Origin: Thermoplasmata archaeon
Lineage (GTDB): Archaea > Thermoplasmatota > Thermoplasmata > Lutacidiplasmatales > UBA184
Direction: 5' to 3'
DNA: 64,000 nt
NCBI GenBank assembly: GCA_021828195.1
Contig: JAKASQ010000002.1
Span: 91,920-155,919 of the forward strand
Part shown: in pieces, positions 17,202 to 26,170 of the stretch
Position numbering within the stretch: position 1 is the stretch's first letter
Layout of the letters: each line of letters starts with the position of its first letter
Notes under the pieces: model-generated
Database searches by the model: none
What the model saw: the letters and a program-made list of their open reading frames with translations, nothing else
What the model was told of the DNA's origin: nothing
Translations under genes and position numbers: made by a program

Positions 17202-18679
17202 GGCTGCGGCGGGCGGAAGAGGCGAGCGAGTGACGGATCGCTCGCGATCAAGCGTTCGGCGGCCTGGCGCGTCGCGTCGTCCATCCGGATCTCCTCGGGC
17301 CACGGACGGGGGAATCCGTCCTCGAGTCCTTTCTTGGTCGCGTCGATGCCGATCTTCGCCCCAAAGTTGGGAACGGGGTTGGAGATCGACAGCTGGTCGA
17401 CCGGTCCGCGGGAGAGCTCGAAGTCCCGCTCCGGATCCGCCTGCAGGCCGACCCGGTAGAGGACCTCGGAGAGATCATGGACGTTGACGTCGGCGTCCAC
17501 GACGACCAGGTAGCGCGTGAACATCATCTGGCCCAAGCCCCAGAGGGCGTGCATCACCTTGCGAGGCTGGCCGGGGTAGGACTTTCGGATCGAGACGACG
17601 CCCACATTGATGAACAGGCCCTCGAGAGGCAGGTTCATGTCCACGAGCTCGGGGAGGATCAACCGGAGGACCGGTAGGAAGATGCGCTCCACCGCTTTTC
17701 CGAGGATCCCGTCCTCGGTGGGGGGCCGGCCCGTTACGGTCCCGAGGTACACCGCCCGCTCCCGGTGCGTCACGTGCGTGACGTGGAAGACGGGGAACGG
17801 CTCCGGGAGCGAGTAGTATCCGGTGTGATCTCCGAACGGTCCTTCGATCTTGCGCTCGGTGGGATCGACGTACCCTTCGAGCACGATCTCGGCCTGCGCC
17901 GGGACCTCCAGATCCACCGTGCGCGCCGGCACGAGCTCGACCGGCTCGGAGCGCAGGAAGCTCGCGAAGGCGAAGTTGGAGATCCCCTCCGGGACCGGAG
18001 CGAGCCCGGAGAACACGGTCGCCGGGTCGGCGCCGATGACCGCCGCGACGGGCATGCGCTCGTCCCGTGCGGCCCACTTGCGAAAGTTGCTCGCCCCGAT
18101 GCGCTGCAGCTGGGCGTGGAATCCGAGCGTATCGGGGCCGTACTGCTGGAGGCGGTAGATCCCCGTGTGCGGCTCGTTCGTGTCGGGGTCCTTCGTGATG
18201 ACGACCGGGAACGTTACGGTCCGTCCGCCGTCCTTCGGCCAGCACTTCAGGATCGGCAGCCGGTCGAGATCCACCATCGGTTCCTCGACCTCCTGGCATG
18301 GGCCCGCTCGCACCCGTTTCGGCGCGAGGGACCGGAGGGTGGAGAGCGCCGCGATCGTTCCTCCGAGGTCCCGGATCGCTCCCACAAACCCGGCCGGCGG
18401 GCGCAGATGAACGAGCTCTCCGATGCGTTTCGAGGTCGCATCGACGCTCGGATCCCCGAGCGCGAGCGCGATCCGACGGGTCGAGCCCAGCACGTTCGTC
18501 GCGACGGGCATCGCGCATCCCTCCACGTTCTCGAAGAGGAGCGCGGGGCCGTCCCGGGCAAGGACCCGTTGGGTGATCTCCGTGATCTGGAGATCGCGAC
18601 TTACGGGCGATCGCACCCGAACGAGATCGCCCTGAGCATCGAGAGCCTCGAGAAATTCCCCGAGCGAGCGGTGCGCCAT
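17198..18679 (-). CDS. ubiD: UbiD-family decarboxylase (menaquinone-pathway MqnL-like)
   Basis: GPALLFENV, CWPKDGG, EIVLEG, EGPFGDHTGYYS, VVVDADVNV, KIGIDATKK. Confidence 0.9.
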   Translation of the reverse strand: MAHRSLGEFLEALDAQGDLVRVRSPVSRDLQITEITQRVLARDGPALLFENVEGCAMPVATNVLGSTRRIALALGDPSVDATSKRIGELVHLRPPAGFVGAIRDLGGTIAALSTLRSLAPKRVRAGPCQEVEEPMVDLDRLPILKCWPKDGGRTVTFPVVITKDPDTNEPHTGIYRLQQYGPDTLGFHAQLQRIGASNFRKWAARDERMPVAAVIGADPATVFSGLAPVPEGISNFAFASFLRSEPVELVPARTVDLEVPAQAEIVLEGYVDPTERKIEGPFGDHTGYYSLPEPFPVFHVTHVTHRERAVYLGTVTGRPPTEDGILGKAVERIFLPVLRLILPELVDMNLPLEGLFINVGVVSIRKSYPGQPRKVMHALWGLGQMMFTRYLVVVDADVNVHDLSEVLYRVGLQADPERDFELSRGPVDQLSISNPVPNFGAKIGIDATKKGLEDGFPRPWPEEIRMDDATRQAAERLIASDPSLARLFRPPQP

Positions 18680-18763
18680 CGGGTGGGGCGACGCCGCCCC
18701 CGCTCATGAGCCCGGCGACACCTGGGCAGGTTCATATGGGAACCCTCGGTCGGGCGATCCGCG

Positions 18764-19495
18764 ATGCAGACGGTGACCCTCGAGTTCTCGACCGAGCACC
18801 TGGTCGCCCTCGGTCTCATTCCCGAAGGGTTCTTCGAGCGGTACGAGGAGGTCGAGCTGCTTGAGACTCTCCGGCTCGAGCAAGGGTGGCGGCTCCAGCT
18901 CGTCCGGGTCCGCCGACGAGGGCCCTTGAAGAGCGCCGCGGAACTCCTTCGAGAGTCCCGCCGCATCCGGCAGATCTACGGGCTCGAGAGCTTCGAGCTG
19001 CTCGAGCGGCGTCCGCGCAGCCGCGACTACATCCTCCTCATCCGCCAACGAAACTCCGAACGGCTGCGGTACCTGCTCGCCATGGCCCGCGGCCGGATCT
19101 CTCCCACGGTGCCGTTCCGCATGACGAGCGAGAAGGTCGTGGCGAGCTTCCACGGCGAAGAGGCGGCGCTACGCCGGGTTCTGCGCTGGCTCGCCAAGGA
19201 GGAGTTCCCGTTCCGCATGCTCCGCGCCTCGCACCGCCCGTTCACGGAGGATTCCTCGTCATCGCTCACCCCGCTCCAATCGACGCTGGCCGCACGGGCC
19301 TGGGCCCTCGGCTACTACGCGGTGCCCCGTCGGATCACCCTCACGCGGTTGGCCCGCCTCACGGGCCGAAGCCCTCCGGCCCTCGGCAAGACCTTGCGCC
19401 GGGCCGAGGGCCGGTTGGTGGCACGGTTCCTCTCGGCCGAGTCGGCGGTCGCGGGCCCCGAAGCCGACCCGGCCGACCACGGGAAGTCGTCTTGA
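18764..19495 (+). CDS. Transcriptional regulator with C-terminal Bat-type HTH (HTH_10)
   Basis: LTPLQ...AWALGYYAVPRRITLTRLARLTGRSPPALGKTLRRAE. Confidence 0.8.
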   Translation: MQTVTLEFSTEHLVALGLIPEGFFERYEEVELLETLRLEQGWRLQLVRVRRRGPLKSAAELLRESRRIRQIYGLESFELLERRPRSRDYILLIRQRNSERLRYLLAMARGRISPTVPFRMTSEKVVASFHGEEAALRRVLRWLAKEEFPFRMLRASHRPFTEDSSSSLTPLQSTLAARAWALGYYAVPRRITLTRLARLTGRSPPALGKTLRRAEGRLVARFLSAESAVAGPEADPADHGKSS

Positions 19496-19519
19496 AGTTC
19501 GCTCGTATCGAGGAGTTCG

Positions 19520-19963
19520 ATGGCGCCCCGCGTGCGTACGGTGATCCTGGAGAGGATCGCCGGCATGACCCACGCCCGGGCGCCCGCGCGCGCGACCGCG
19601 GGTTCAGCCTGCTTTGACCTCGCGGCCGCGGAAGCGGCCGACCTCATCCACGGTACGGTCACGCTCGTGCGCACCGGCTGGAAGATGCGCGCGCCGAGGG
19701 GAACATTTCTCGAGGTCCGGCCGCGGAGCGGTCTTGCCTCCCGCGGTGTGCTCATGGTCAACGCTCCGGGGACTATCGATCGCGACTACTCCGGGGAGAT
19801 CCGGATCCCGATGTCCTACCTCTTCGATGGGACGTACCACATCGAGGCCGGGGACCGGATCGGGCAGATCCGCGTGGTCGAGGATCTTCCCGCTCGATTC
19901 CGCAAGGGAACGGTTGCCCCCGTCGCCTCGCGGCGCGGCGGATTCGGCAGCACCGGCCGATAG
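19520..19963 (+). CDS. dut: Trimeric dUTPase
   Basis: ACFDL, PRSGLAS, GTIDRDYSGEI, DRIGQ, RRGGFGSTG (motifs 1-5). Confidence 0.93.
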   Translation: MAPRVRTVILERIAGMTHARAPARATAGSACFDLAAAEAADLIHGTVTLVRTGWKMRAPRGTFLEVRPRSGLASRGVLMVNAPGTIDRDYSGEIRIPMSYLFDGTYHIEAGDRIGQIRVVEDLPARFRKGTVAPVASRRGGFGSTGR

Positions 19964-19967
19964 TCTC

Positions 19968-21575
19968 CTACGGCTCGAACTCGGTCATCAGACGTTGCAC
20001 GGTGTGGACCGGCGGCGGAGGGAGGATTCCGCCGGCCCGGGCCTTCGCCTCGATCTCCTCGAGCATCGAGTGCATGCGGCGCTCGCGGGAGGCCGCTCCC
20101 CGATTCATGCCTTCGTCGCGAGTCCCTTCGGCCACGAGGACGACCGCGCGGCCCGCCCGCGCGCGGCCGGTCCGGCCCCGACGCTGGATGGTCCGAATCA
20201 CGTCCGGCAGGGGCTCGTAGAAGACGACGAGGTCGGTGGCGGGGATGTCGAGGCCCTCCTCCGCGACCGACGTGGCGACGAGGACGTTGATCTCCCCCGC
20301 CCGGAACCGATCGAGGAGCGCCACCTGGTCCTTCTGGGAGAGACCGGGGTCGTCGGTCCGGGTCGCCTGTCCCACGAAGCGTCCCGCCCGAACCCCGGGG
20401 CTTCCGAGGCGCTCGAACTCTAGGAGGAGCCGATCGACCGTGTCCCGGTATTGCGTGAAGATGATGGCTCGCCCGTTCGGGCGCTGACGTAACTCCTCAG
20501 CCACGATCGAGACCGCGGCAGCGATCTTCGGGTGTTCCAGGGTCGTCCGTTCGATCCGTCGGCGCACCTCGAGCACGTCCGGGTCTTGCAGGAAGGCACG
20601 CTGGGCCGGCGTGATCCGACCTCGCTCGGGCCGGTCCTGCCGTTCGAAGAAAGCGCGGAGCGCATCCACTCCCTGGCTCTCGGCGAGTTCGACCGCGTGC
20701 TGGCCCTTCATCGCGGCGGCCTGGGCCGTAACCGTGGCCCAGAGCCCCGGGGCGGCTGCGGTCCCGCGACTCCGGTCCACCGAGAGCTGTCGATGTAACC
20801 GTTCGCCCACGGTCAGCAGGGTCCGTCGCGAGGTCTCCCCGGGAGGGAGCAGATCGTAATGCCGTAGGACTTCCATCTGCCGAGCGACCGCGGCCTTCAA
20901 CAGGATCGCGAGGTGGCGCATCTCGACCGGGATGGGGACCGTCACGGTCTCGACGCCGATGTCGTGGATGTACGGTCGAACGTCCGGCGAATCCTCGGTG
21001 CGGTACTCGAAGTGTTCGATATCGAGATTGTACCAGACCGCCTCGATCCGTTCCTTCCGGGAGCCCGGTGAAGCGGTCAACGCGAGGACGCGAGCGCGGG
21101 GACCCTCACGGTTGGCGAGACCGACCGCGACGTACGGGTAGTCACCGACCGCGCGGTGCGCCTCATCGAATACGATCGTCGAGAAGCCCTCGAGCGTGAA
21201 TTCCCGACCGAGCAGATCGTTGGCAATCACCTGGGGGGTCGCCACGACGATCTGGGGAGGGTGGACGAGTGCGGCGCGTCGTTCGGGGGTGATCGCCCCG
21301 GTGAGCGTGAGCGGTGGCGGGCCGAGAATCGAAGCGGCCACCGATCGCGCGTGCTGCACGACGAGGGGGCGAGTGGGAGCCATGAACAGGATCGAGCGAT
21401 CGGGATACCGCCTCAGCTGTTCGGCGATCACCCGCAGGGCGATCGCGGTCTTTCCAAGGCCCGTGGGGAGGATCGCGAGGGTGTTGCGGTCGATCGCGAC
21501 CTTCGCGATGTTCGCCTGATACTCCCGGTCGTCGAGCGCATTCGGCTTCAGACGCGGGTGCACGACGGCCGTCAT
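19968..21575 (-). CDS. hef: Hef/FANCM-like DEAD/DEAH helicase (no ERCC4 nuclease domain)
   Basis: REYQ, LPTGLGKT, DEAHRAVGDY, LTASPG, IFTQYRDT, VATSVAEEGLDIP, IQRRGRTGR. Confidence 0.88.
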   Translation of the reverse strand: MTAVVHPRLKPNALDDREYQANIAKVAIDRNTLAILPTGLGKTAIALRVIAEQLRRYPDRSILFMAPTRPLVVQHARSVAASILGPPPLTLTGAITPERRAALVHPPQIVVATPQVIANDLLGREFTLEGFSTIVFDEAHRAVGDYPYVAVGLANREGPRARVLALTASPGSRKERIEAVWYNLDIEHFEYRTEDSPDVRPYIHDIGVETVTVPIPVEMRHLAILLKAAVARQMEVLRHYDLLPPGETSRRTLLTVGERLHRQLSVDRSRGTAAAPGLWATVTAQAAAMKGQHAVELAESQGVDALRAFFERQDRPERGRITPAQRAFLQDPDVLEVRRRIERTTLEHPKIAAAVSIVAEELRQRPNGRAIIFTQYRDTVDRLLLEFERLGSPGVRAGRFVGQATRTDDPGLSQKDQVALLDRFRAGEINVLVATSVAEEGLDIPATDLVVFYEPLPDVIRTIQRRGRTGRARAGRAVVLVAEGTRDEGMNRGAASRERRMHSMLEEIEAKARAGGILPPPPVHTVQRLMTEFEP

Positions 21576-21636
21576 CGCCCTCGACCGTCGGACGCCACCG
21601 AGCGCAGATTAACTAGTCTCGGCGTGCGGGAGGTTG

Positions 21637-22782
21637 ATGGTGGCGCTCTGGACCGCCGTGTTCCTCCTCGTTCTGGCCGTCGCGGTCCTCGTGTACCAGG
21701 GACTGGCCATCCTGTTCGCTTACGAGATGCCCCGCCTCGATCCGATGGCGTCCCGCGAGGGGCCACCCCCGTCGTTCCCCGAGCTCAGCGTCGTGATCGC
21801 GGCCCGGAACGAGGTCGTCGACCTGCCGCAGACCCTCGACGATCTTCTGGCTCAGGATTGCGTGCCGGGGGAGATCGTGGTGGTCGACGGAGGATCGACC
21901 GACGGAACGACGGCCGTGGTCGACGCGCGGTCTCCCCGGGTGCGCCGCATCGACGAACCGCCGTTGCCGAAAGGCTGGGTGGGAAAGAGCTGGGGGTGTT
22001 GGACGGGAGCACGCGCCACCCGGGGGAAGTGGATCCTGTTCATGGACGCGGACGTGCGGACGCACCGCGCGGCGGTGCGGACGGTGCTCGAGTGGGCACA
22101 GCGGGAGGAAGCCGATCTCACATCGATCGGATCCCGGATCGAGATGCGCTCGTTCTGGGAACGGGCGATCCTCCCGTTCTACGTCCAGATGGTGCTCGTC
22201 CATCTGCGATCCTCGCGCGTCAACCGACCCCGGTCGAGGGTTGCCATGGCGAACGGCCAGTTCCTCCTCGTCCGCCGGGAGGCCTATGAGCGGCTGGGGG
22301 GACACGAGTCGGTCCGCGCGGCGGTCCTGGAGGATGTCGCGCTCGCAGAGCGGTTCCGGAACGGCGGCCGGTCCCTGCGGTTCGCGTGGGCGCCGGATCT
22401 GGCCTCGACGAGGATGTACCGCGGCCGAGAGGAGATGTTCGACGGACTGCTCAAGACGGTCCACGGCACGAAGTACTCCTCTACCGTGCAGATCGGACGC
22501 CTTGCGGGCCTGATCGGCCTCTTCCTCCTCCCGCTCGGGCTCCTCCCGCTCGGGTGGGCGGTTGGCAGCACGGCCCTGATGGCCATGGGGATCGTCCTGT
22601 GGGTCGCGCTCTTCGGGAAGCACGTCGCCTTCGCCCGGGCGGTCGGGGCACCCGCCGCGTACGGTCTCCTGTACCCAGTCTCCGTCGCCTACTACATCGC
22701 GGTTCTCGCCGCGTCGATCGGTCGCGGGGGTTCCCGTCGCCCGGTCTACTGGAAGGGTCGGGCGTACGACATCGTCCCGTGA
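21637..22782 (+). CDS. GT2 family glycosyltransferase (HpnB/CrtQ-like), membrane-anchored
   Basis: VVIAARNE, VVDGGSTDGT, GWVGK, FMDADV, EDVALA, YWKGRAY. Confidence 0.85.
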   Translation: MVALWTAVFLLVLAVAVLVYQGLAILFAYEMPRLDPMASREGPPPSFPELSVVIAARNEVVDLPQTLDDLLAQDCVPGEIVVVDGGSTDGTTAVVDARSPRVRRIDEPPLPKGWVGKSWGCWTGARATRGKWILFMDADVRTHRAAVRTVLEWAQREEADLTSIGSRIEMRSFWERAILPFYVQMVLVHLRSSRVNRPRSRVAMANGQFLLVRREAYERLGGHESVRAAVLEDVALAERFRNGGRSLRFAWAPDLASTRMYRGREEMFDGLLKTVHGTKYSSTVQIGRLAGLIGLFLLPLGLLPLGWAVGSTALMAMGIVLWVALFGKHVAFARAVGAPAAYGLLYPVSVAYYIAVLAASIGRGGSRRPVYWKGRAYDIVP

Positions 22783-22858
22783 CGTCGAGAACCTGCCCCC
22801 GGAGCCCACGGCTCCGCCCTCAACGCATATGTGGGCGGCCTCCATCGAACCGAGCACC

Positions 22859-24343
22859 ATGGCGGAAGCGAACGGATCGACGTACCAACTCTTCATCGAC
22901 GGTGCCGAGATCCCGGCGAGCCGCGGCGGGCGAGCCACCCTCACGGATCCCGCGACGGGGGAGCCGATCGCCGACCTCGCTATCGGCGGTCCGGAGGACG
23001 CACGCTACGCGATGGAAGCGGCCGAGCGAGCGTTCCGCGAATCCGGCTGGGCTGCCGATGACGGAAGCGCACGCGCACGGGCGCTCCGCCGGCTGGCCGA
23101 TCTGCTCGAAGCGGAGGCCGAGTCGATCGCGCGCCTGGAGACCCGCAACATGGGTAAACCGCTCCGCGAGTCGCGCGGGGATCTCCAGTACGTGGTCCGG
23201 ACGCTCGAGTACGTCAGCGGGCTCGCCGACAAGCTCCAGGGAGAAACGATCCCGGTCCCCGGACCGCGGCTCGCGTACACGTTGCGCGAGCCGCTCGGGG
23301 TCACGGTCCACATCGCCCCCTGGAACTATCCGCTATTGCTCGCCCTCCGGTCCGTGGCCCCGGCCCTCGCCGCGGGGAACGCGGTCGTCCTCAAGCCGGC
23401 AACTCTGACCCCCCTGACCGCCATCGCATTCGCCCGTCTCGCCCACCGGGCCGGTATCCCCCAAGGGATTCTCAATGTCGTGGTCGGCCCCGGGGGGTCG
23501 GTCGGCGAAGCGCTCGCGCTCGATCCGCGCTGCCGCGCCATCTCCTTCACCGGAAGCGGAGAGATCGGCCGGCGGATCGCCGCGATCGCCGCTCAGCGTG
23601 TGATCCCGGTCACGCTCGAACTCGGCGGCAAGAGCCCCGTGATCGTGTTCCCGGATGCCGACCTCGATCGGGCCGCAAAGGGGATCGGCTACGGGATCTT
23701 TGGGAACGCGGGCCAGATGTGCTGGGCCGCCTCCCGGCTCATCGTGCACGAGAGCGTGCACGTCCCGCTGCTCGAGAAGGTGCGCGCGATCGCCGACGCC
23801 ATCAAGCTCGGCCCCGGGCTCGAGGACGGGATCGAGATGGGCCCCCTCGTCTCCGCCGATCAAGCCGTGCGGGTCCTCGAGTACGTGCGGAGCGCGGTCT
23901 CCGATGGCGGAGTCCTGGTGGCCGGCGGGGATCGTCCCACCGAACCCCGGCTGGCCCGCGGCCACTTCGTCCGCCCGACCGTGCTCGACCAGGTCCCTGG
24001 AGAGTCGCGGGCCGTTCGGGAGGAGATCTTCGGGCCTGTGCTCTCGGTGTCCTCGTTCAAGGATGCCGAGGACGCGATCCGTATCGCCAACGACACGCGC
24101 TACGGGTTGTTCGCCGCGATGTGGACGAAGGACCTCGCCACCGCTCACACGGTCGCTCGACGCCTCGAGGCGGGGATGGTGAGCATCAACGAAGCGCCGA
24201 ACACCTTCCCCCAGACCCCGTTCGGCGGGTTCAAGGAAAGCGGGATCGGCTTCGAACAGGGGACGAAGGTTCTCGAATCGTACACCCGCCGAAAGAACGT
24301 GATCGTGAACGTGGCCATCCCCCGGAAGAAGGCGGGTGCCTAG
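22859..24343 (+). CDS. NAD(P)-dependent aldehyde dehydrogenase
   Basis: PWNYP, FTGS, LELGGKSP, NAGQMCWA, EEIFGPV, PFGGFKESGIG. Confidence 0.93.
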   Translation: MAEANGSTYQLFIDGAEIPASRGGRATLTDPATGEPIADLAIGGPEDARYAMEAAERAFRESGWAADDGSARARALRRLADLLEAEAESIARLETRNMGKPLRESRGDLQYVVRTLEYVSGLADKLQGETIPVPGPRLAYTLREPLGVTVHIAPWNYPLLLALRSVAPALAAGNAVVLKPATLTPLTAIAFARLAHRAGIPQGILNVVVGPGGSVGEALALDPRCRAISFTGSGEIGRRIAAIAAQRVIPVTLELGGKSPVIVFPDADLDRAAKGIGYGIFGNAGQMCWAASRLIVHESVHVPLLEKVRAIADAIKLGPGLEDGIEMGPLVSADQAVRVLEYVRSAVSDGGVLVAGGDRPTEPRLARGHFVRPTVLDQVPGESRAVREEIFGPVLSVSSFKDAEDAIRIANDTRYGLFAAMWTKDLATAHTVARRLEAGMVSINEAPNTFPQTPFGGFKESGIGFEQGTKVLESYTRRKNVIVNVAIPRKKAGA

Positions 24344-24419
24344 GCGAGGACGAGGCGTTCCACCTGTAGGTTCGTACGAAACCCCCTAAGACTCCCCCGA
24401 GGCTCGGAGGGCGTCCACG

Positions 24420-25037
24420 ATGCCGGAGTCGGTCCCTCTTTCGACAACATGGGGGGAGTGTGCATTTTGCGGGAACGCCGTGCCCCCGACGTCCGCCGTC
24501 TGCCCGATCTGCGGGGCGGGCGAGCCCGTCCGCGCCGGGACGATCGCGAGAGCTCCCCGCCGGGTCCAGCGACGCCTCAAGCTGCTCGGAGCCCTCCGGA
24601 TCCTCATCGTGGTCGGCGTGGTGGCGGTGCTCGCCTTCCTCGTCATCCAGCCGGTCTTCTCCGGACCCCCGGTCCTCACCGACCCCCTGACCACTTCGGG
24701 GACGTACACGATCGGCGCGGGGAACTCCACCGTGCTGGCGGGCGAGGTCAGCGGCGAGGACTTCATCACCGGCAACTTCTCGGTGATCGCTCCGGTGGGC
24801 ACGGCGATCGGGCTGACCGTGTACAACACGACCGAGTACTCGCAGTTCCTCAGGGGGGACAATCCCCAGAACCAGACCGGGTACAGCCCGGGAAACTCGG
24901 GCCCAATCACCTTTGCGGCCGACTACACGGACACGTACTACTTCGTGTTCTGGAACCCGTACCCGACCACGAGCGGCATCACCGTCACCGTGTACATCGC
25001 GACCCAGTACCAGACGAACGTGAACTCGTTCGCCTAG
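24420..25037 (+). CDS. Zinc-ribbon + single-TM + extracytoplasmic beta-rich domain hypothetical protein
   Basis: CAFC...CPIC, one hydrophobic helix, then a T/G/N/Y-rich domain. Confidence 0.7.
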   Translation: MPESVPLSTTWGECAFCGNAVPPTSAVCPICGAGEPVRAGTIARAPRRVQRRLKLLGALRILIVVGVVAVLAFLVIQPVFSGPPVLTDPLTTSGTYTIGAGNSTVLAGEVSGEDFITGNFSVIAPVGTAIGLTVYNTTEYSQFLRGDNPQNQTGYSPGNSGPITFAADYTDTYYFVFWNPYPTTSGITVTVYIATQYQTNVNSFA

Positions 25038-25054
25038 CCGGGTCGACGCCGCCT

Positions 25055-25711
25055 CTACTCGGCGGGGTCGCCCGGAGGGGTGGGCACCCGGGTGAGATAT
25101 TCCGAGGGGACCTGATCGGCGAGAAAGACCGTCTTGCCCGCCCGCATGATCACGAGGCCGTCCCCGCGGGCGCGCTTCGCATCGATCTCGAGGATCACCG
25201 GGTTCGGGCGCCGGACCGAGCCGGCGTTCCGGGCGTCCTGGGCGGTCTTGGAGAGATGCACCTTGCGCCGGTCCGATGGTTTGAGGCCGACCTCGAGGAC
25301 GATGGCCGCCTCCTCCTCCGTCACGGGGTAGTAGAGCTGGTCGGGCACGTTCTCGGTCGGCAGATCGAGGGCGACCTCGAGCGTGTGGCCGTAGGTCGCC
25401 CGGATCCGGTCGTCCCGGACCTCGTACCGTCCCTTCGCATCGGTCTCCGCGATCGCCACCAAGTGGTGGACGCGCAGCCAGTGGTAGGCGCGGTGCTGCT
25501 GGGAGATCGCGCGGACGATCTGGGGCAGCGAGACCCAGCCGTGCTCGTCCATTGTGAGGTGGTAGCGGTCGGGGAAGTGGCGCAGGATGCCCGTCAGGAT
25601 CCGACCGAGGTGGTCGAACTCCCGGTCGTCCATGAGGAACTTCGAGGGTTGTCCGCAGACCGGGCAGTTGTCGCCCCGAAAGTAGCCGTGCTGGTCGCAC
25701 TCCTTCAACAT
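25055..25711 (-). CDS. kptA: RNA 2'-phosphotransferase Tpt1/KptA with N-terminal zinc ribbon
   Basis: CDQHG...CPVCG, ILRHFP, RIRATYGHT, RRKVHLS, VFLADQVP. Confidence 0.9.
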   Translation of the reverse strand: MLKECDQHGYFRGDNCPVCGQPSKFLMDDREFDHLGRILTGILRHFPDRYHLTMDEHGWVSLPQIVRAISQQHRAYHWLRVHHLVAIAETDAKGRYEVRDDRIRATYGHTLEVALDLPTENVPDQLYYPVTEEEAAIVLEVGLKPSDRRKVHLSKTAQDARNAGSVRRPNPVILEIDAKRARGDGLVIMRAGKTVFLADQVPSEYLTRVPTPPGDPAE

Positions 25712-25724
25712 CGGGCGCGGTCCC

Positions 25725-26012
25725 CTACGTGCGGATCTTGTCGGCCTTCTTGTCGAAGTCCGTGACTAGGTCGCCGTACATGTCCGCGAGATCCTTGAGG
25801 ACCCGCTTGAGCACTTGCTGGGGCTTCTCGCCCTTGGTCTTCAGGTAGAGCGTCGGCCGGTCGAGGTACGGGTGTCCGAGATAGTACCGCGCCTCCACGA
25901 CCTTCTCCTCGCGCTGTAAGGCCTCCACCAAGGGGATGAGGAGGGTCTCCTCACCCTGCGGAAGCTCCAAGCGGAGCGTATCCGATTCTCGTTCTGCGAC
26001 TCGAACGTCCAT
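25725..26012 (-). CDS. rpoL: DNA-directed RNA polymerase subunit Rpo11 (RpoL)
   Basis: EETLLIPLVEAL...ARYYLGHPYLDRP...GEKPQQVL. Confidence 0.85.
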   Translation of the reverse strand: MDVRVAERESDTLRLELPQGEETLLIPLVEALQREEKVVEARYYLGHPYLDRPTLYLKTKGEKPQQVLKRVLKDLADMYGDLVTDFDKKADKIRT

Positions 26013-26170
26013 CGGCGGCCTGTGGGAAACGGGCCACAAGGGCCCCGTTCTTAAGGGTGGCGGGGCCGAATGCGCCGCGGCGCGCGCTCCCGTACGCGGC
26101 GGCGCATGCGCGTACCGCGGGATCTCCGCCCCGACGTGCCTATAACTCCTCCAGCTTCCTCCCCGGCCGA

